A stretch of 64,000 nucleotides of DNA from an uncultured Candidatus Saccharibacteria bacterium (GCA_964623775.1 CAZUVH010000003.1:79400-143399), one strand, 5' to 3'. Shown: positions 18,409 through 28,830, counted from the stretch's first letter. Numbers and translations are program-made. The notes: generated from the letters alone by a model not told the origin.

Positions 18409-18436
18409 CACCCCGACACGCGTCGGGGTGTTTTTT
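18409..18436 (+). terminator. rho-independent terminator after sbmA
   Basis: CACCCCGAC-ACGC-GTCGGGGTG followed by TTTTTTG. Confidence 0.7.
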
Positions 18437-18499
18437 GACATTCTGGAAAAATGTTGTAGTATGTCCCTAGAACAGGGTTGTCTTGAAAAGGAGAAAGTA

Positions 18500-19336
18500 A
18501 TGCTCAAATTGAGCCAGCCGACTGCAGATCTCTTCGTGCCCAGCGGGATACCGCTTGGTGCGGCACTGAGTCGCACGACGTGCCTCGGGGTCGGGGCACA
18601 TCCGGATGATCTTGAATTCTGGATGTACTATCCGATCCTGAAGTCTTACGGCGATGCGAGTCGGTGGTTTACCGGCGTCACGGTGACGAATGGAGCGGGC
18701 TCTGTGCGCAGTGGCGCGTTCAAAGACTTCACTGACGATCAAATGATCGCAGAGAGGCGAAAAGAGCAATGTGCGGCTGCGCGGATCGGGAAATACAAAG
18801 CGATGCTGCAGCTCGATCACCCATCCAGCGCCGTGAAGGATCGTACCGACATGAGTGTCGTGGATGATCTCGAAGCAATACTGCGTGCAACCACGCCGCG
18901 CGACCTTTATACGCACGACATTTTCGACAGGCATGACACGCATCGCGGCGTCCTCTTCAAAGTTATCGAAGCGTGTCGTCGCCTTCCCATGGAGGCGCGG
19001 CCAAAGAGATTGATAGGCTGCGAAGGGTGGGGTTCTCTCGACTGGCTCGTCAAAGGCGACAAGCTCATCATGGACATCAGTGGCAGTGAGGATCTTGCTC
19101 ACGACCTGATCAGTCAATTTCCAAGCCAGGCTGGCAAGGATTATGTGACCGCGGTGGAAGGGCGGCGGCGCGCAAATGCGACGCTTCTCGACGGCCACGT
19201 GCTCGATACGGCGACCAGTGTGATCTTTGGACTAGACATGACTGATCTCATCAATGAGAAGGATCTCCATCCGTATAAGCTCGGGGAGCGATACATGCGA
19301 GCATTCTACGAAGAGAAAATGAATCAGTTAGCGTAG
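18500..19336 (+). CDS. PIG-L/LmbE-family N-acetylglucosaminyl deacetylase
   Basis: GAHPDDLEF (AHPDDE-like metal-binding motif) near the N-terminus. AAGGAG RBS before the ATG at 18500. Confidence 0.65.
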   Translation: MLKLSQPTADLFVPSGIPLGAALSRTTCLGVGAHPDDLEFWMYYPILKSYGDASRWFTGVTVTNGAGSVRSGAFKDFTDDQMIAERRKEQCAAARIGKYKAMLQLDHPSSAVKDRTDMSVVDDLEAILRATTPRDLYTHDIFDRHDTHRGVLFKVIEACRRLPMEARPKRLIGCEGWGSLDWLVKGDKLIMDISGSEDLAHDLISQFPSQAGKDYVTAVEGRRRANATLLDGHVLDTATSVIFGLDMTDLINEKDLHPYKLGERYMRAFYEEKMNQLA

Positions 19337-19375
19337 TAAAAAAAGCGCGTGCAGCTCACTGCACGCGCATTTCAT
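19337..19375. terminator. bidirectional terminator between the PIG-L gene and nagB
   Basis: GCGCGTGCAG-CTCA-CTGCACGCGC flanked by an A-run and a T-run. Confidence 0.65.
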
Positions 19376-20100
19376 TTGCCTACCGCGGCCTTATCGGCGA
19401 TCACGAGAGTATCGGGATGCTGGCGCAGATAGGAGGCGGGGAATTGGGCGCTGATCTCACCGCTTATGAGCCGCTCGAGCTGCGGCGCTTTGTGAGCGCC
19501 GTTGACCAGCATGATGATCTTCTTCGCTCCCAAGATGTCTTCCATACCGAGCGTCATGCCGTACGAGACCGCGGGCGAGTCTTTGAGCATCGGATGATGA
19601 CGCGTACTTTCCGCTAGATTGGCGACGTGCGGCCTCGGCTCCAGTTTTCCTGCAGGTTCGTTCATACCAATGTGACCATTGGCACCAAGCCCCAGTACAC
19701 AGATATCGATCACACCGAGATTATCAAGCGTATTTTTTATGCGCGTACACTCCGATATCGGATTGGCAGGATTACTTTCAAAACTTAGATAGTGCTTGTC
19801 GGGGATATCGAGCGGCCATATCACGTGTTTGTTGAGATACGTCTCGCACGTACCCGGATCGTCAATCGGGATTCCGCCCCATTCGTCGAGCTTCACGGCG
19901 ATCATTTTGTTGGTCCTGAATTCTCCCGCGCGATATTTTTCGGCAAGCATTTCATACATACGTGTCGGCGTCCCTCCTGTTGCAAATGCGATGACAATAT
20001 GTGGTTTCTCGGCGATGGCGTCCGCGATTATGCGACACGCCTCTGCACTCATTGCTTCGTAGTCATCAGTTATGGTCATCCGAAAGCCAGGTGTACTCAT
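19372..20100 (-). CDS. nagB: glucosamine-6-phosphate deaminase
   Basis: NagB/6-phosphogluconolactonase fold motifs (FATGGTP, GLGANGHIGMNEP). Confidence 0.85.
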   Translation of the reverse strand: MSTPGFRMTITDDYEAMSAEACRIIADAIAEKPHIVIAFATGGTPTRMYEMLAEKYRAGEFRTNKMIAVKLDEWGGIPIDDPGTCETYLNKHVIWPLDIPDKHYLSFESNPANPISECTRIKNTLDNLGVIDICVLGLGANGHIGMNEPAGKLEPRPHVANLAESTRHHPMLKDSPAVSYGMTLGMEDILGAKKIIMLVNGAHKAPQLERLISGEISAQFPASYLRQHPDTLVIADKAAVGK

Positions 20101-20135
20101 GGTGTAATGATACCCCCTGCGTTACAATTTAAAAG

Positions 20136-20672
20136 ATGACACAACTGCCCATAACCATAGGAATCGTCATTGCGCTCCTCGCCCTTTTTCTCATTTTCAT
20201 TACCGCACTCAAATACGCGATCCACAACAATTTCATGCGCACGCGCGTGATCATGACCGCCTTCTTTCTTTTTATTGTATGCACGCTTAGTTTCTCTTTC
20301 TGGCCATACGCCGCCGCCACGTTTCCATACAGTATTCCCGCATTTATCGTCGGTCTGACACTTGGGTATCTAATAGGCGTGCGGACTGCGCAGCAGAAGC
20401 TCCGTGCACATGGAGTCGAGCACTATATGGAGCACTTCGCGCACATTCACTCGCATGATTTTAAGAATTTGACGTGGTGGAGTGTAGTCAACTTCTACTC
20501 GGTCATGGGTGGACTCATTCTCATCAATTTCGTCGGCTTCAGCACCGTATTTCACAGCGGCTCAGAAACATGGGCGATCACGACGAGCGTCGTAGGGGCG
20601 CTTCTCTTGGGAAGTATTGTTCCGTATCTCGCGCACTTGTGGTCCGTCAAAGCAACGAACCGCGCCAATTGA
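20136..20672 (+). CDS. hypothetical membrane protein
   Basis: Hydrophobic helices. 3' end overlaps convergent cyoE by about 26 nt. Confidence 0.45.
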   Translation: MTQLPITIGIVIALLALFLIFITALKYAIHNNFMRTRVIMTAFFLFIVCTLSFSFWPYAAATFPYSIPAFIVGLTLGYLIGVRTAQQKLRAHGVEHYMEHFAHIHSHDFKNLTWWSVVNFYSVMGGLILINFVGFSTVFHSGSETWAITTSVVGALLLGSIVPYLAHLWSVKATNRAN

Positions 20673-21507
20673 TGATGAGGAGGATCGCGACTGAGAAGAT
20701 AACGAAGAGCGAGTAGAAGAACATCCTGCGAGCCCACTTTTTTTCATCCGAAGCCCAAAAGCCCCAAAGCGCATAGACGAGCCAGAGAAGCGACATGATC
20801 GTCATGACGATGCCGTAGAGATATCCGGTCAATCCTATTTGCGTCGGCACCGGCGAGAGTACCGCGAACGCGCATGCAAACATCACGATCTGCAGCTTCG
20901 TCTGATAGGTGCCTATTCTCGCCGGCATTATAGGAATTTTGGCAGCGCGATACTCATCCAGTCGGTAGATAGCGATTGCGAAAAAATGCACCATTTGCCA
21001 GAAAAAAAGTATCGCAAAAAGCGCGAGCGCCCCTTTGTCGAGTACGCCGGTCACTGCCGCGTATCCAGCGACTGGTGGCATCGCTCCGGCCACTGCGCCG
21101 ATATGGGTCGAGAATACCGTAACTCTCTTCGAGTAGCTGTACGCATAGACGTATGTAAAGAATCCAAGGAATGCGACAGCGATCGTGAGCACATTCGTGT
21201 GTGCATAGAGCGCGAGTACGCCAAGGATGAGGAGTGAGGATGCGAATTTGAGTGCGCTCGTCGGAGGGATCACTGCCTTAACAAGTTCACGATCTTTCGT
21301 ACGTGCCATAAGGCCGTCGATATCGCGGTCGATGTAATTGTTGTAGACACACGCCGAAGCGACGACGAGTGACATGCCGATCGTGACCGAGAGAAATGTG
21401 GCGATATCTATGGAGCCGCGAGACGCGACGAAAAATCCTGCGACCACCAGCAAGACATTGCCGTAAATCATGCCCGGCTTCGTGAGGTTGTAGTAGAGCT
21501 TGATCAT
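20647..21507 (-). CDS. cyoE: protoheme IX farnesyltransferase (heme O synthase)
   Basis: UbiA-family motif NNYIDRDIDGLMARTKDR. GGAGG RBS. Last gene of the cyo operon. Confidence 0.9.
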   Translation of the reverse strand: MIKLYYNLTKPGMIYGNVLLVVAGFFVASRGSIDIATFLSVTIGMSLVVASACVYNNYIDRDIDGLMARTKDRELVKAVIPPTSALKFASSLLILGVLALYAHTNVLTIAVAFLGFFTYVYAYSYSKRVTVFSTHIGAVAGAMPPVAGYAAVTGVLDKGALALFAILFFWQMVHFFAIAIYRLDEYRAAKIPIMPARIGTYQTKLQIVMFACAFAVLSPVPTQIGLTGYLYGIVMTIMSLLWLVYALWGFWASDEKKWARRMFFYSLFVIFSVAILLIINWRGSLL

Positions 21508-21508
21508 G

Positions 21509-21895
21509 CTAGGCCTCCGTCTGCGGCGTAACTATGCCGTCCTCAAAAGGTTCTGGCATATTACCATGCTGCAGATTTTGCATGATCCAGAGAGTTCCCG
21601 CGACAAGGATGGTGACGACAACGAGCGCAAAGGCGAGCGCCGTCTGATTCCAGTGCCCCTTTGATTTACCTCCATGGAGGAAAAAGAATATCTGCACGAA
21701 GAGCTGGACGAGCGCGCATACAAGAAGTGAGCTGTAGAGGACCGTCTGCGAGAAAAGCGTATGTGACCAGACGGTATGCGCGTACACGAGCGCAAATGCG
21801 GCAAGAGTCAGCAAGATCGAAAGCGCAAAACCGACCACATAGGACGAAACGGTTGCTTCTCGTGCGGTTTGTTCGTGTGGGTTATGAGTACTCAT
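21509..21895 (-). CDS. cyoD: cytochrome o ubiquinol oxidase subunit IV
   Basis: About 128 aa with 3 TM. The ATG overlaps the cyoC stop (ATGA). The longer ORF-track frame to 22120 is rejected because it overlaps cyoC. Confidence 0.8.
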   Translation of the reverse strand: MSTHNPHEQTAREATVSSYVVGFALSILLTLAAFALVYAHTVWSHTLFSQTVLYSSLLVCALVQLFVQIFFFLHGGKSKGHWNQTALAFALVVVTILVAGTLWIMQNLQHGNMPEPFEDGIVTPQTEA

Positions 21896-22461
21896 ATCGT
21901 GGGCCACAAAAAGACGAAGGTGAAGATGAATATCCAGATGATGTCGAGGAAGTGCCAAAAGAGGCTCATACACATGAGTTTTGTCAGTGTGCTTTCCGTA
22001 AATCCGCGCAGGTATACGTGGGCGGTGCACACGAGCATCCAGATCGAACCCAGGAATACATGGAAGCCGTGCGTGCCGACGAGCGCGAAGAACGACGAGA
22101 GAAATGCGCTCTCTCGCCAACTATGGCCCTCTGTTAGAAAGGTGTTGAATTCGTTGAGCTCCATTCCCAAAAATGCGAGGCCCAGTAAGAGCGTGATTGC
22201 GAGGCCAGCGATCGTAAGATTTCGCTTTTTCGCGTATGCCGCGAGCACGGCAAGTCCTACGGTGAAGCTCGAGGTGAGGAGAAGCAGTGTTTCGACAAAG
22301 ACATAGGGGAGCGAAAAAAGTTCTTGGGGTAAGGGAGAACCGAACGTAGCCGTATGCAAGACGGCATACGCGGCAAAAAGTCCTGCAAAGAGGACACAGT
22401 CGCTCATGAGGTAGATCCAAAAGCCGAATACGACGCGGTCAGTGTTTTGCTGATGGATCAT
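21892..22461 (-). CDS. cyoC: cytochrome o ubiquinol oxidase subunit III
   Basis: Heme-copper oxidase subunit III family by sequence pattern and operon position. Confidence 0.9.
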   Translation of the reverse strand: MIHQQNTDRVVFGFWIYLMSDCVLFAGLFAAYAVLHTATFGSPLPQELFSLPYVFVETLLLLTSSFTVGLAVLAAYAKKRNLTIAGLAITLLLGLAFLGMELNEFNTFLTEGHSWRESAFLSSFFALVGTHGFHVFLGSIWMLVCTAHVYLRGFTESTLTKLMCMSLFWHFLDIIWIFIFTFVFLWPTI

Positions 22462-24401
22462 AGATATTTTTTCTCGAGAGCGGCAACCTCGTGCGCCGGT
22501 ATAGTGTATTCGACCTCCTCTTCAAATGAGCGGACGATCAGTGTGATCGGGATCAGGATAAAGCCGAGTATTGCGAGCCACCAGATGTGCCATACGATCC
22601 CAAAACCCAAGGCAAAACTGCATGCTCCGATAATGAGACCGATTGATGTATTTTTCGGCATATGGATATCCTCGAACACCTCCGGTGTTTTGAGGGAGCC
22701 TTCTTTAATCATGAGGTACGCATCTCGTCCATGCACGTGCGGGATCGTTGCGAAGTTGTACGTGGGGACAGGCGTGTGCGTAGACCATTCGAGCGTGCGG
22801 CCGTTCCACGGATCGTGTGTCATGTTGTGCTTACGTTGGATCACGCTCACTATTACCTGTATTACCTGCAGTAAGAGCGCAACCGCGATGACACATGCAC
22901 CGATTCCAGCGAGCACCAGGAGGGAGTACCACTCGCTCGATTGCTCAATATTGTAGAGGCGGCGCGTCATACCCATGATGCCGAGTGCGTAGAGCGGTAT
23001 AAACGCGAGTATGAAGCCGACGATCCAAGTCCAGAATGCCCATGTGCCGAGAGTCTCGTTGAGCGTGAATCCCATCACCTTGGGGAACCAGTACGTAAAT
23101 CCCGCAAAAAAGCCAAAGAGCACCCCGCCGATGATCACGTTGTGGAAGTGCGCCACGAGGAAGAGGCTGTTGTGCACCTGGAAGTCGATCCCCGGTATCG
23201 CGAGCAAGACGCCCGTCATCCCGCCGAGCGTGAAAGTAAATACGAATCCCATAAACCACAGCATCGGCGTTGTGAAGATGATTCGGCCGCGGAACATTGT
23301 GAAGAGCCAGTTGAAAATTTTGACACCGGTCGGGATCGCGATCGCCATCGTCGCGATACCAAAAAAGGCATTTACATTAGCGCCGGCGCCCATTGTAAAG
23401 AAGTGGTGCGCCCATACGATGTACGACAAAAAGGTGATGACGACCGTCGCCGCGACCATCGATGTGTAGCCAAACAATTTTTTTTGCGAGAAGACGGGCA
23501 CGATCTCCGAGAAAATGCCGAATGCGGGCAAAATGAGGATGTATACCTCGGGGTGTCCCCAGGCCCAAATGAGATTCACATACATCATCGCGTTGCCGCC
23601 CAGATCGGTGGTGAAAAAATGCATGCCAAGCGTGCGATCGAGCGAGAGCATGGCGAGCGTGACGGTGAGAATAGGGAAGGTAAAGAGGACGAGAATCATA
23701 CTCGCGAGCGACGTCCAGCAGAAAATCGGCATGCGCATCATCGTCATGCCGGGAGCGCGCATCTTGATGATCGTCACGATGAAATTTACGGCCGATATAA
23801 GCGAGCCCGCGCCCGCGATCTGTATCGCCCATATATAATAATCGACGCCGACACCTGGCGAGAATTCCAGTTCGGAAAGCGGCGGATACGCGAGCCACCC
23901 CGTGGCGGCAAATTCACCAGCAACGAGGGAGAAATTGAGCAACATTGCCCCGGCGACAGTAAGCCAGAGGCTCATCGCGTTGAGGAGGGGGAACGCCACA
24001 TCGCGCGCGCCGATTTGGAGCGGCACGATGAAATTGATAAAGCCAAACACGAACGGCATCGCGACGAAAAGGATCATAATGACGCCGTGCGCGGTGAATA
24101 TCTGTGCGAAGTGATCGGGCGAGAGGAATCCCACACTGTCGCCGACCGAGAGGGCTTGCTGGGCGCGCATCATAAGTGCGTCGATCGCGCCGCGCGTGAT
24201 CATGACGATCGCGAGTACGATATACATGACACCGATTTTCTTTGGATCAAGCGACGTCAGCCACTCCCGCCAGAGCCATGTCCATCGCCTGAAATATGTG
24301 AGGAGCAAGACGACGGCGAGCATGCCTAAGACGACGGAAAGTTGCCCGAATGTCTCGATGGGGCCGTGAATGAAATCCTCGATGGTAAGTATTCCCAGCA
24401 T
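22458..24401 (-). CDS. cyoB: cytochrome o ubiquinol oxidase subunit I
   Basis: Heme-copper oxidase subunit I signatures ([14 protein letters not shown] and the His ligands). 647 aa. Confidence 0.95.
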   Translation of the reverse strand: MLGILTIEDFIHGPIETFGQLSVVLGMLAVVLLLTYFRRWTWLWREWLTSLDPKKIGVMYIVLAIVMITRGAIDALMMRAQQALSVGDSVGFLSPDHFAQIFTAHGVIMILFVAMPFVFGFINFIVPLQIGARDVAFPLLNAMSLWLTVAGAMLLNFSLVAGEFAATGWLAYPPLSELEFSPGVGVDYYIWAIQIAGAGSLISAVNFIVTIIKMRAPGMTMMRMPIFCWTSLASMILVLFTFPILTVTLAMLSLDRTLGMHFFTTDLGGNAMMYVNLIWAWGHPEVYILILPAFGIFSEIVPVFSQKKLFGYTSMVAATVVITFLSYIVWAHHFFTMGAGANVNAFFGIATMAIAIPTGVKIFNWLFTMFRGRIIFTTPMLWFMGFVFTFTLGGMTGVLLAIPGIDFQVHNSLFLVAHFHNVIIGGVLFGFFAGFTYWFPKVMGFTLNETLGTWAFWTWIVGFILAFIPLYALGIMGMTRRLYNIEQSSEWYSLLVLAGIGACVIAVALLLQVIQVIVSVIQRKHNMTHDPWNGRTLEWSTHTPVPTYNFATIPHVHGRDAYLMIKEGSLKTPEVFEDIHMPKNTSIGLIIGACSFALGFGIVWHIWWLAILGFILIPITLIVRSFEEEVEYTIPAHEVAALEKKYL

Positions 24402-24403
24402 GG

Positions 24404-25291
24404 TTACATTTTATGCATGTCAGCCCCGGGCTGATCGGCCTCGGGCTGAAATTTCGCTATGATCGTATTAAACATTTCGCGGTCCACTGCTCCATAATAG
24501 ATGACCTTGGCGACCGATGGTGCCGCAAGCGCGGGATACGTATCTGTATTCAATAGATAGGGAGATTGTCGCACTTCCTCTGTCCAGCGATCGAAATCTT
24601 CCTGCGAGAGGGCGTGAGCCTTGAACCGCATTCGAGAAAAACCGTCGCCGCTGTAATTGGCCCCCGTGCCGTCGAAGATGCCGATTTCATCGGCGACGAG
24701 ATGGAGTTTCGTCTGCATGCCTGTCATAGCGTAGATTTGTCCGCCGAGCTGAGGGATCCAAAATGAATTCATCGGAGCATCGGCAGTGATCGAAAAGGCG
24801 AGTTGCCGGTCGACCGGAAACCTGGCCTCGTTTACCGAAGCGATGCCGTACTCGGGATAGATAAAAAGCCATTTCCAATCCAATGCCACAGCCTGAATTT
24901 TCACGGGCTGACCTTCCATCGAGAGGGGTTTATGCGGATCAAGCTCGTGCGTGCTGATCCATGTAAGCGCGCCGAGCACGAGTATGATCTCAAAGGGAAT
25001 TGCCCACCAGATGAGCTCGTCCACTTTTGCGTGCTCCCAATTGGGCATGTAGACGGCTTTGGTATTACTCGCTCGGTAGCGCCATGCGAAAAAAGCGGCG
25101 AGGATGAATACCGGTATTGCGACGACGAGCATGAGAAGTGTCGCGTATATAAGAAGGCTGCCTTCTTGTGCCGCAATCAGTCCTTTGGTCTCAAGGAGCG
25201 CAAGCGTCTTGCCGGAAAGCAGGTACCAAAAGATTCCCGCGATACCGAAGGAGACGAAAAGCGAAAGAGTTATTTTGTAATATGTCTTCAT
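24404..25291 (-). CDS. cyoA: cytochrome o ubiquinol oxidase subunit II
   Basis: Subunit II fold without a CuA site. Lipoprotein-like N-terminus. Start uncertain between 25291 and 25306. Confidence 0.85.
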   Translation of the reverse strand: MKTYYKITLSLFVSFGIAGIFWYLLSGKTLALLETKGLIAAQEGSLLIYATLLMLVVAIPVFILAAFFAWRYRASNTKAVYMPNWEHAKVDELIWWAIPFEIILVLGALTWISTHELDPHKPLSMEGQPVKIQAVALDWKWLFIYPEYGIASVNEARFPVDRQLAFSITADAPMNSFWIPQLGGQIYAMTGMQTKLHLVADEIGIFDGTGANYSGDGFSRMRFKAHALSQEDFDRWTEEVRQSPYLLNTDTYPALAAPSVAKVIYYGAVDREMFNTIIAKFQPEADQPGADMHKM

Positions 25292-25359
25292 GGTTGAAGT
25301 ACACAATCACTATAGCAGTATTAAAAAGAGAGAGCCGACCAAAATGGTCGGCTCTGTGT

Positions 25360-25887
25360 TTATTCCACAACGTCATCGGTGGGCTTATCGCTGCGTCGTA
25401 AATGAAAGCGCTCAATCAGATTTCCTCCGGCATCGCGCGCTTTTCCGGCTGCAGCACCCGCTCGCTCTTTCACGTCTTGAATGGCTGCGGGAGCTCGCTC
25501 TTTGGCCGCGTTGATATTTTCACCGATCTTTTCTTTCGCCGCGTCATACTTCTGACCGGCCTTCTCCTTGGCGGCTGTCGCCCGATCAGCGAGGTCGTCC
25601 TTGATGTCGCCAGCCTTTTCGCGCACGCTGCCCGCGGCATCCTTCATGACTGCCTTCGTCTCTGCACCGATCTCCTTCGCTTTTTCGACGCCGCCCCTGA
25701 AAGGAGCGGCGATCATGTGAGTTGCGGTTCGCATGATCGTGCCGCCGTAAAAATAGGTGAGACCGCCGAACACGAGCGCGGCGATTGTGGTGAGTGCAAT
25801 GTACCGAAGCCACCTGACGCCTTCATTCGCGAATGCCCGCGCACTCTCTTGCTTCACTTGCTGCCAGAAACTCTTTTCCTCGTTCAT
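25360..25887 (-). CDS. membrane-anchored protein with repeated KEKAG/AAKE amphipathic repeats (YtxH/LEA-like)
   Basis: GGGAGAA RBS before the ATG at 25887. One TM, then a low-complexity repeat region. Confidence 0.5.
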   Translation of the reverse strand: MNEEKSFWQQVKQESARAFANEGVRWLRYIALTTIAALVFGGLTYFYGGTIMRTATHMIAAPFRGGVEKAKEIGAETKAVMKDAAGSVREKAGDIKDDLADRATAAKEKAGQKYDAAKEKIGENINAAKERAPAAIQDVKERAGAAAGKARDAGGNLIERFHLRRSDKPTDDVVE

Positions 25888-25986
25888 TGCGATTCTCCCG
25901 TTGTGAAATCTGGTCGAGATAATGACAGAAATCCATTCGTAAGTCAAATCTACGGGTCTGAAATTTAGCATGTATACTGGACTCGC

Positions 25987-26373
25987 ATGAACCCAGCGAA
26001 GAAAGTAATCATTATCGAAGATGACGAGAGGCTCGTAACGGTGCTCAAAGATCTTCTCGAAAAGGCGGGTCTGACCGTCCTCCAAGCGCTCGATGGAAAA
26101 AGCGGCCTCGATATGACACTCAAGGAGCGACCGGATCTAATTCTTCTCGATCTGCAATTACCTGTCTTGAGCGGAATGGATTATCTGAAAGCATTGCGAG
26201 AAGACGCGTGGGGTAAGAATGCGGTCGTTGTCGCATTTACAAACGTGCAGACAGAAGAATCGCTCACTGCGGCGCGAGCGCTCGGCGTGAAGGAATACAT
26301 AATGAAATCAAATTGGAGTGTCAAAGAGGCGCTCGATCGCGCACTCACGTTTATTGATACCAAACTCGCTTAG
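25987..26373 (+). CDS. stand-alone response-regulator receiver domain (CheY-like)
   Basis: Acidic pocket (IEDDE), phospho-acceptor in LILLDLQLP, and T/K positions. No output domain. Confidence 0.8.
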   Translation: MNPAKKVIIIEDDERLVTVLKDLLEKAGLTVLQALDGKSGLDMTLKERPDLILLDLQLPVLSGMDYLKALREDAWGKNAVVVAFTNVQTEESLTAARALGVKEYIMKSNWSVKEALDRALTFIDTKLA

Positions 26374-26444
26374 CCCCGCTTCTTCATAGACAAAAACGGG
26401 TAGGCTTGGTAAGGTGCTTCGCGGAAAATGCATGAAAAAAGGAG

Positions 26445-27008
26445 ATGGTGGTGAAAGCGACTGAACAAGAGTTCCAACAAGCGAGAAAAACCTGGGCGCT
26501 TGCTACGATCACGTATGAGGATTTCGTGGTGGCGGCGACAGTGGCCACCAGGCAAGTGGTCAACAAAAAAGTAGCAATGGAATGTCGTAGGCTGCTGAAA
26601 GGGCTTGTGCCAGCTGGGCTCTACGAACACTGGAAGAGTAAGGAAGGTGCTGCGAAGTTTTATGTAGTTGATCACGTGAACTTCGAGGTTAATGTTCACT
26701 ATCCAACGGTCTCGTATGCCTCATTGTACGGTGAACTGGCTGGTGAGTTCGATTCGAGGCACCTTCATCATAAGGAGCATCCGGAAGTCCAAGCCTTCGA
26801 AAAGGAAGACTATGGATTTTTGACGCCGATTGACCGTTTAGATGATCCGGAATATCCATATCGCGGTCCGCGCTTTCGTCTTGTGGAAAAACTTTCGCCC
26901 AAAGAAATAGCTGTTCTGCTCGATTACGTCGGTGAGCTGTCTGCTATAAAGCGCACTGACAAATTCCTACTGCGCGTGGGTAAAGCGATCAAAAGACCGT
27001 TGGTCTAA
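26445..27008 (+). CDS. hypothetical protein
   Basis: AAGGAG RBS. No family recognised. Confidence 0.4.
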   Translation: MVVKATEQEFQQARKTWALATITYEDFVVAATVATRQVVNKKVAMECRRLLKGLVPAGLYEHWKSKEGAAKFYVVDHVNFEVNVHYPTVSYASLYGELAGEFDSRHLHHKEHPEVQAFEKEDYGFLTPIDRLDDPEYPYRGPRFRLVEKLSPKEIAVLLDYVGELSAIKRTDKFLLRVGKAIKRPLV

Positions 27009-27018
27009 AAAGAACTCT

Positions 27019-27047
27019 AAACCCCGGACTTCCGGGGTTATTTTTTA
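27019..27047 (+). terminator. rho-independent terminator
   Basis: AACCCCGGA-CTT-CCGGGGTT followed by ATTTTTT. Confidence 0.7.
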
Positions 27048-27068
27048 AAAAAGTGGTAGCATAAGCGG

Positions 27069-27320
27069 ATGGAACAAAGAAAAGAATTTGGACTACGTAG
27101 ACCTCTAGAAGCTCAGATGCCAAAAAATGAGGCGCGTACTTTCGAGGAGAATCTCCCGAGGTATCAGAAGTTGGCCGAGACTGACGTCACAATGGAATCG
27201 CTACTGTTGCGTCGCAAAGAAATGTTGCTTTTTCAAGAGAGGGGGGAGGATCGTAAAGAACTGGAGCGCAACGAAGCGGAGATTGTCGAGTACTACAATT
27301 CGTCGCGCAATAACGGCTAA
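27069..27320 (+). CDS. hypothetical small charged/coiled-coil protein
   Basis: ORF only. Confidence 0.35.
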   Translation: MEQRKEFGLRRPLEAQMPKNEARTFEENLPRYQKLAETDVTMESLLLRRKEMLLFQERGEDRKELERNEAEIVEYYNSSRNNG

Positions 27321-27707
27321 CTATTTTTCTTTTGGCGCCTTTTCGCCAAAGAAGCACGCTTCGATGTTGTTGCCATCGAAGTCGTGGACGAATGCTGCGT
27401 AATAGTCGTCACTGTAGTCGGTGCGGAATCCGGGTCCGCCGTTATCGCTCGCGTCCTCGCTGAGTGCTGTCGCGTGGAATTCCTCGACCGCTTTTTTGCT
27501 TTTGCCCAAGATCGCTACGTGGATCGGAGACATCTCGCTCTTTTGCACGATCCAAATGCTCGTATGTCCGCCCTCCATAAAGCCAGTTGAATCTTCTAAC
27601 TCGTACTTTGCCTTATACCCAAGTGGCGTCAGGATCGCTGCATACAATCTCTTCGCTTTTGCATGATCCTTCACTGGAATACTTACGTGTTCGATCATAT
27701 GTATCAA
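27321..27707 (-). CDS. VOC/glyoxalase-family protein
   Basis: βαβββ module pattern with a conserved His/Glu arrangement. Confidence 0.65.
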   Translation of the reverse strand: MIHMIEHVSIPVKDHAKAKRLYAAILTPLGYKAKYELEDSTGFMEGGHTSIWIVQKSEMSPIHVAILGKSKKAVEEFHATALSEDASDNGGPGFRTDYSDDYYAAFVHDFDGNNIEACFFGEKAPKEK

Positions 27708-27754
27708 TATACTGTATCGCCCATTATGAAATAATGAAGATAGATTTGCAGTTA

Positions 27755-27771
27755 ATACCCCCAGGGGGTAT
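27755..27771. promoter_or_regulatory. CsoR-type operator: perfect palindrome ATACCCCCAGGGGGTAT overlapping a TATAAT -10
   Basis: Read directly. A GC-rich palindrome of the TACCC..GGGTA type is characteristic of CsoR-family operators. It sits 10 bp upstream of the csoR-like ATG. Confidence 0.65.
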
Positions 27772-27780
27772 AATGCAAAA

Positions 27781-28053
27781 ATGAAATCGGAAATTAAAAA
27801 GAAGGTGATACGCCGTCTGCAGATCGCTCAAGGCCAAATGAGGGGTCTCATGCAAATGGTAGAAGAAGAAAAATATTGCGTCGACATCATTACGCAATCA
27901 AGCGCAATAAAGGAGGCGCTTTCTGGTGTGGAGCACCTCATGCTTGAAAACCACCTCGCTACCCACGTGCTTCAGCAAATGAAAGGAGGAAATGAAAAAA
28001 AGGCCGTCGGCGAGATTCTCAAGGTGTATAAACTTTCACGAAGAAAAAAATAG
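27781..28053 (+). CDS. csoR: CsoR/RcnR-family metal-sensing transcriptional repressor
   Basis: 90 aa, all α-helical. RLxIAQGQMRGLMQMVEEEKYCVDIITQ motif with Cys, then H..H. Heads the copper-gene cluster. Confidence 0.75.
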   Translation: MKSEIKKKVIRRLQIAQGQMRGLMQMVEEEKYCVDIITQSSAIKEALSGVEHLMLENHLATHVLQQMKGGNEKKAVGEILKVYKLSRRKK

Positions 28054-28054
28054 T

Positions 28055-28807
28055 ATGAATTGGAAAATTGCAACTTCCGTGTTGGGGGTCCTCGCGGTGA
28101 TCGGGACTTTTGGCTATGCGAACATAAGAACTCAGGATACGAACGTGTCCGCCAAATTCGCGGATCCGGGCGAGGAACAGCTCACCGTATCGCCGCAAGA
28201 GGCGCGGAGTTCTGTTTTGATTGATCGTGCGGTCTTCGCGACAGGTGGATTTGTTGTCGTGCGCGGGAGCGATGGCAAACGGCTCGGCCAGATCATCGAA
28301 ATAAGTACGTACCTTGAGGCGGGCATATATGAAAACATCACTATCAGCCTCGGCGAGTTTTACACCTATAAACAAGGTGACCAGTTGATCGCGATGATCT
28401 ATCAGGACGATGGTGACACTCTGTTTTCCGAACTTGACCAGCTCTCAAGCAGCGATACGGCCGTTTTCGTGAAAACTGGAGAAACGGTGCCCGCTGCCAC
28501 ATTCGATGAACAGGTCGCCTCACATAGTGGTACAGGAATGGAAACGGTCCGTTATACGAAGGGCGGATTTCAACCGACAAGACTCATCGTGCCGGTGGGC
28601 ACAATGGTGGAGTTCATAAATCAAAGCGACAAGCAAATGTGGGTCGCGTCCAGCAAACACCCTTCACATGAGCTTCTGCCGACGTTTGATCAATTTAAGG
28701 GAGTTGGCGCGGGCGAAAACTACATGTATACGTTCGACAAAAAAGGTACATGGTCGTATCACGACCACATCAATCCTGCACTCGAAGGAGCAATTATCGT
28801 CGAGTGA
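28055..28807 (+). CDS. secreted cupredoxin-like domain protein
   Basis: Signal anchor. C-terminal about 100 aa has a cupredoxin-like pattern (VGTMVEF.NQSD..H....H......GxxYxYTFxxxGTWxYHDHxNP) without Cys. Confidence 0.55.
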   Translation: MNWKIATSVLGVLAVIGTFGYANIRTQDTNVSAKFADPGEEQLTVSPQEARSSVLIDRAVFATGGFVVVRGSDGKRLGQIIEISTYLEAGIYENITISLGEFYTYKQGDQLIAMIYQDDGDTLFSELDQLSSSDTAVFVKTGETVPAATFDEQVASHSGTGMETVRYTKGGFQPTRLIVPVGTMVEFINQSDKQMWVASSKHPSHELLPTFDQFKGVGAGENYMYTFDKKGTWSYHDHINPALEGAIIVE

Positions 28808-28830
28808 TTACCAAGTATTTAGAAAAATCT

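Noticed and set aside
21509-22120. 203-aa frame for cyoD
   Set aside because: The N-terminal 75 codons overlap cyoC in another frame and read as Arg-rich nonsense. The internal ATG at 21895, which overlaps the cyoC stop, gives the expected about 128-aa subunit IV.
22941-24329. 462-aa + strand ORF rich in R/E/D/H antisense to cyoB
   Set aside because: It lies fully inside cyoB on the opposite strand. Its low-complexity charged composition is characteristic of a shadow ORF.
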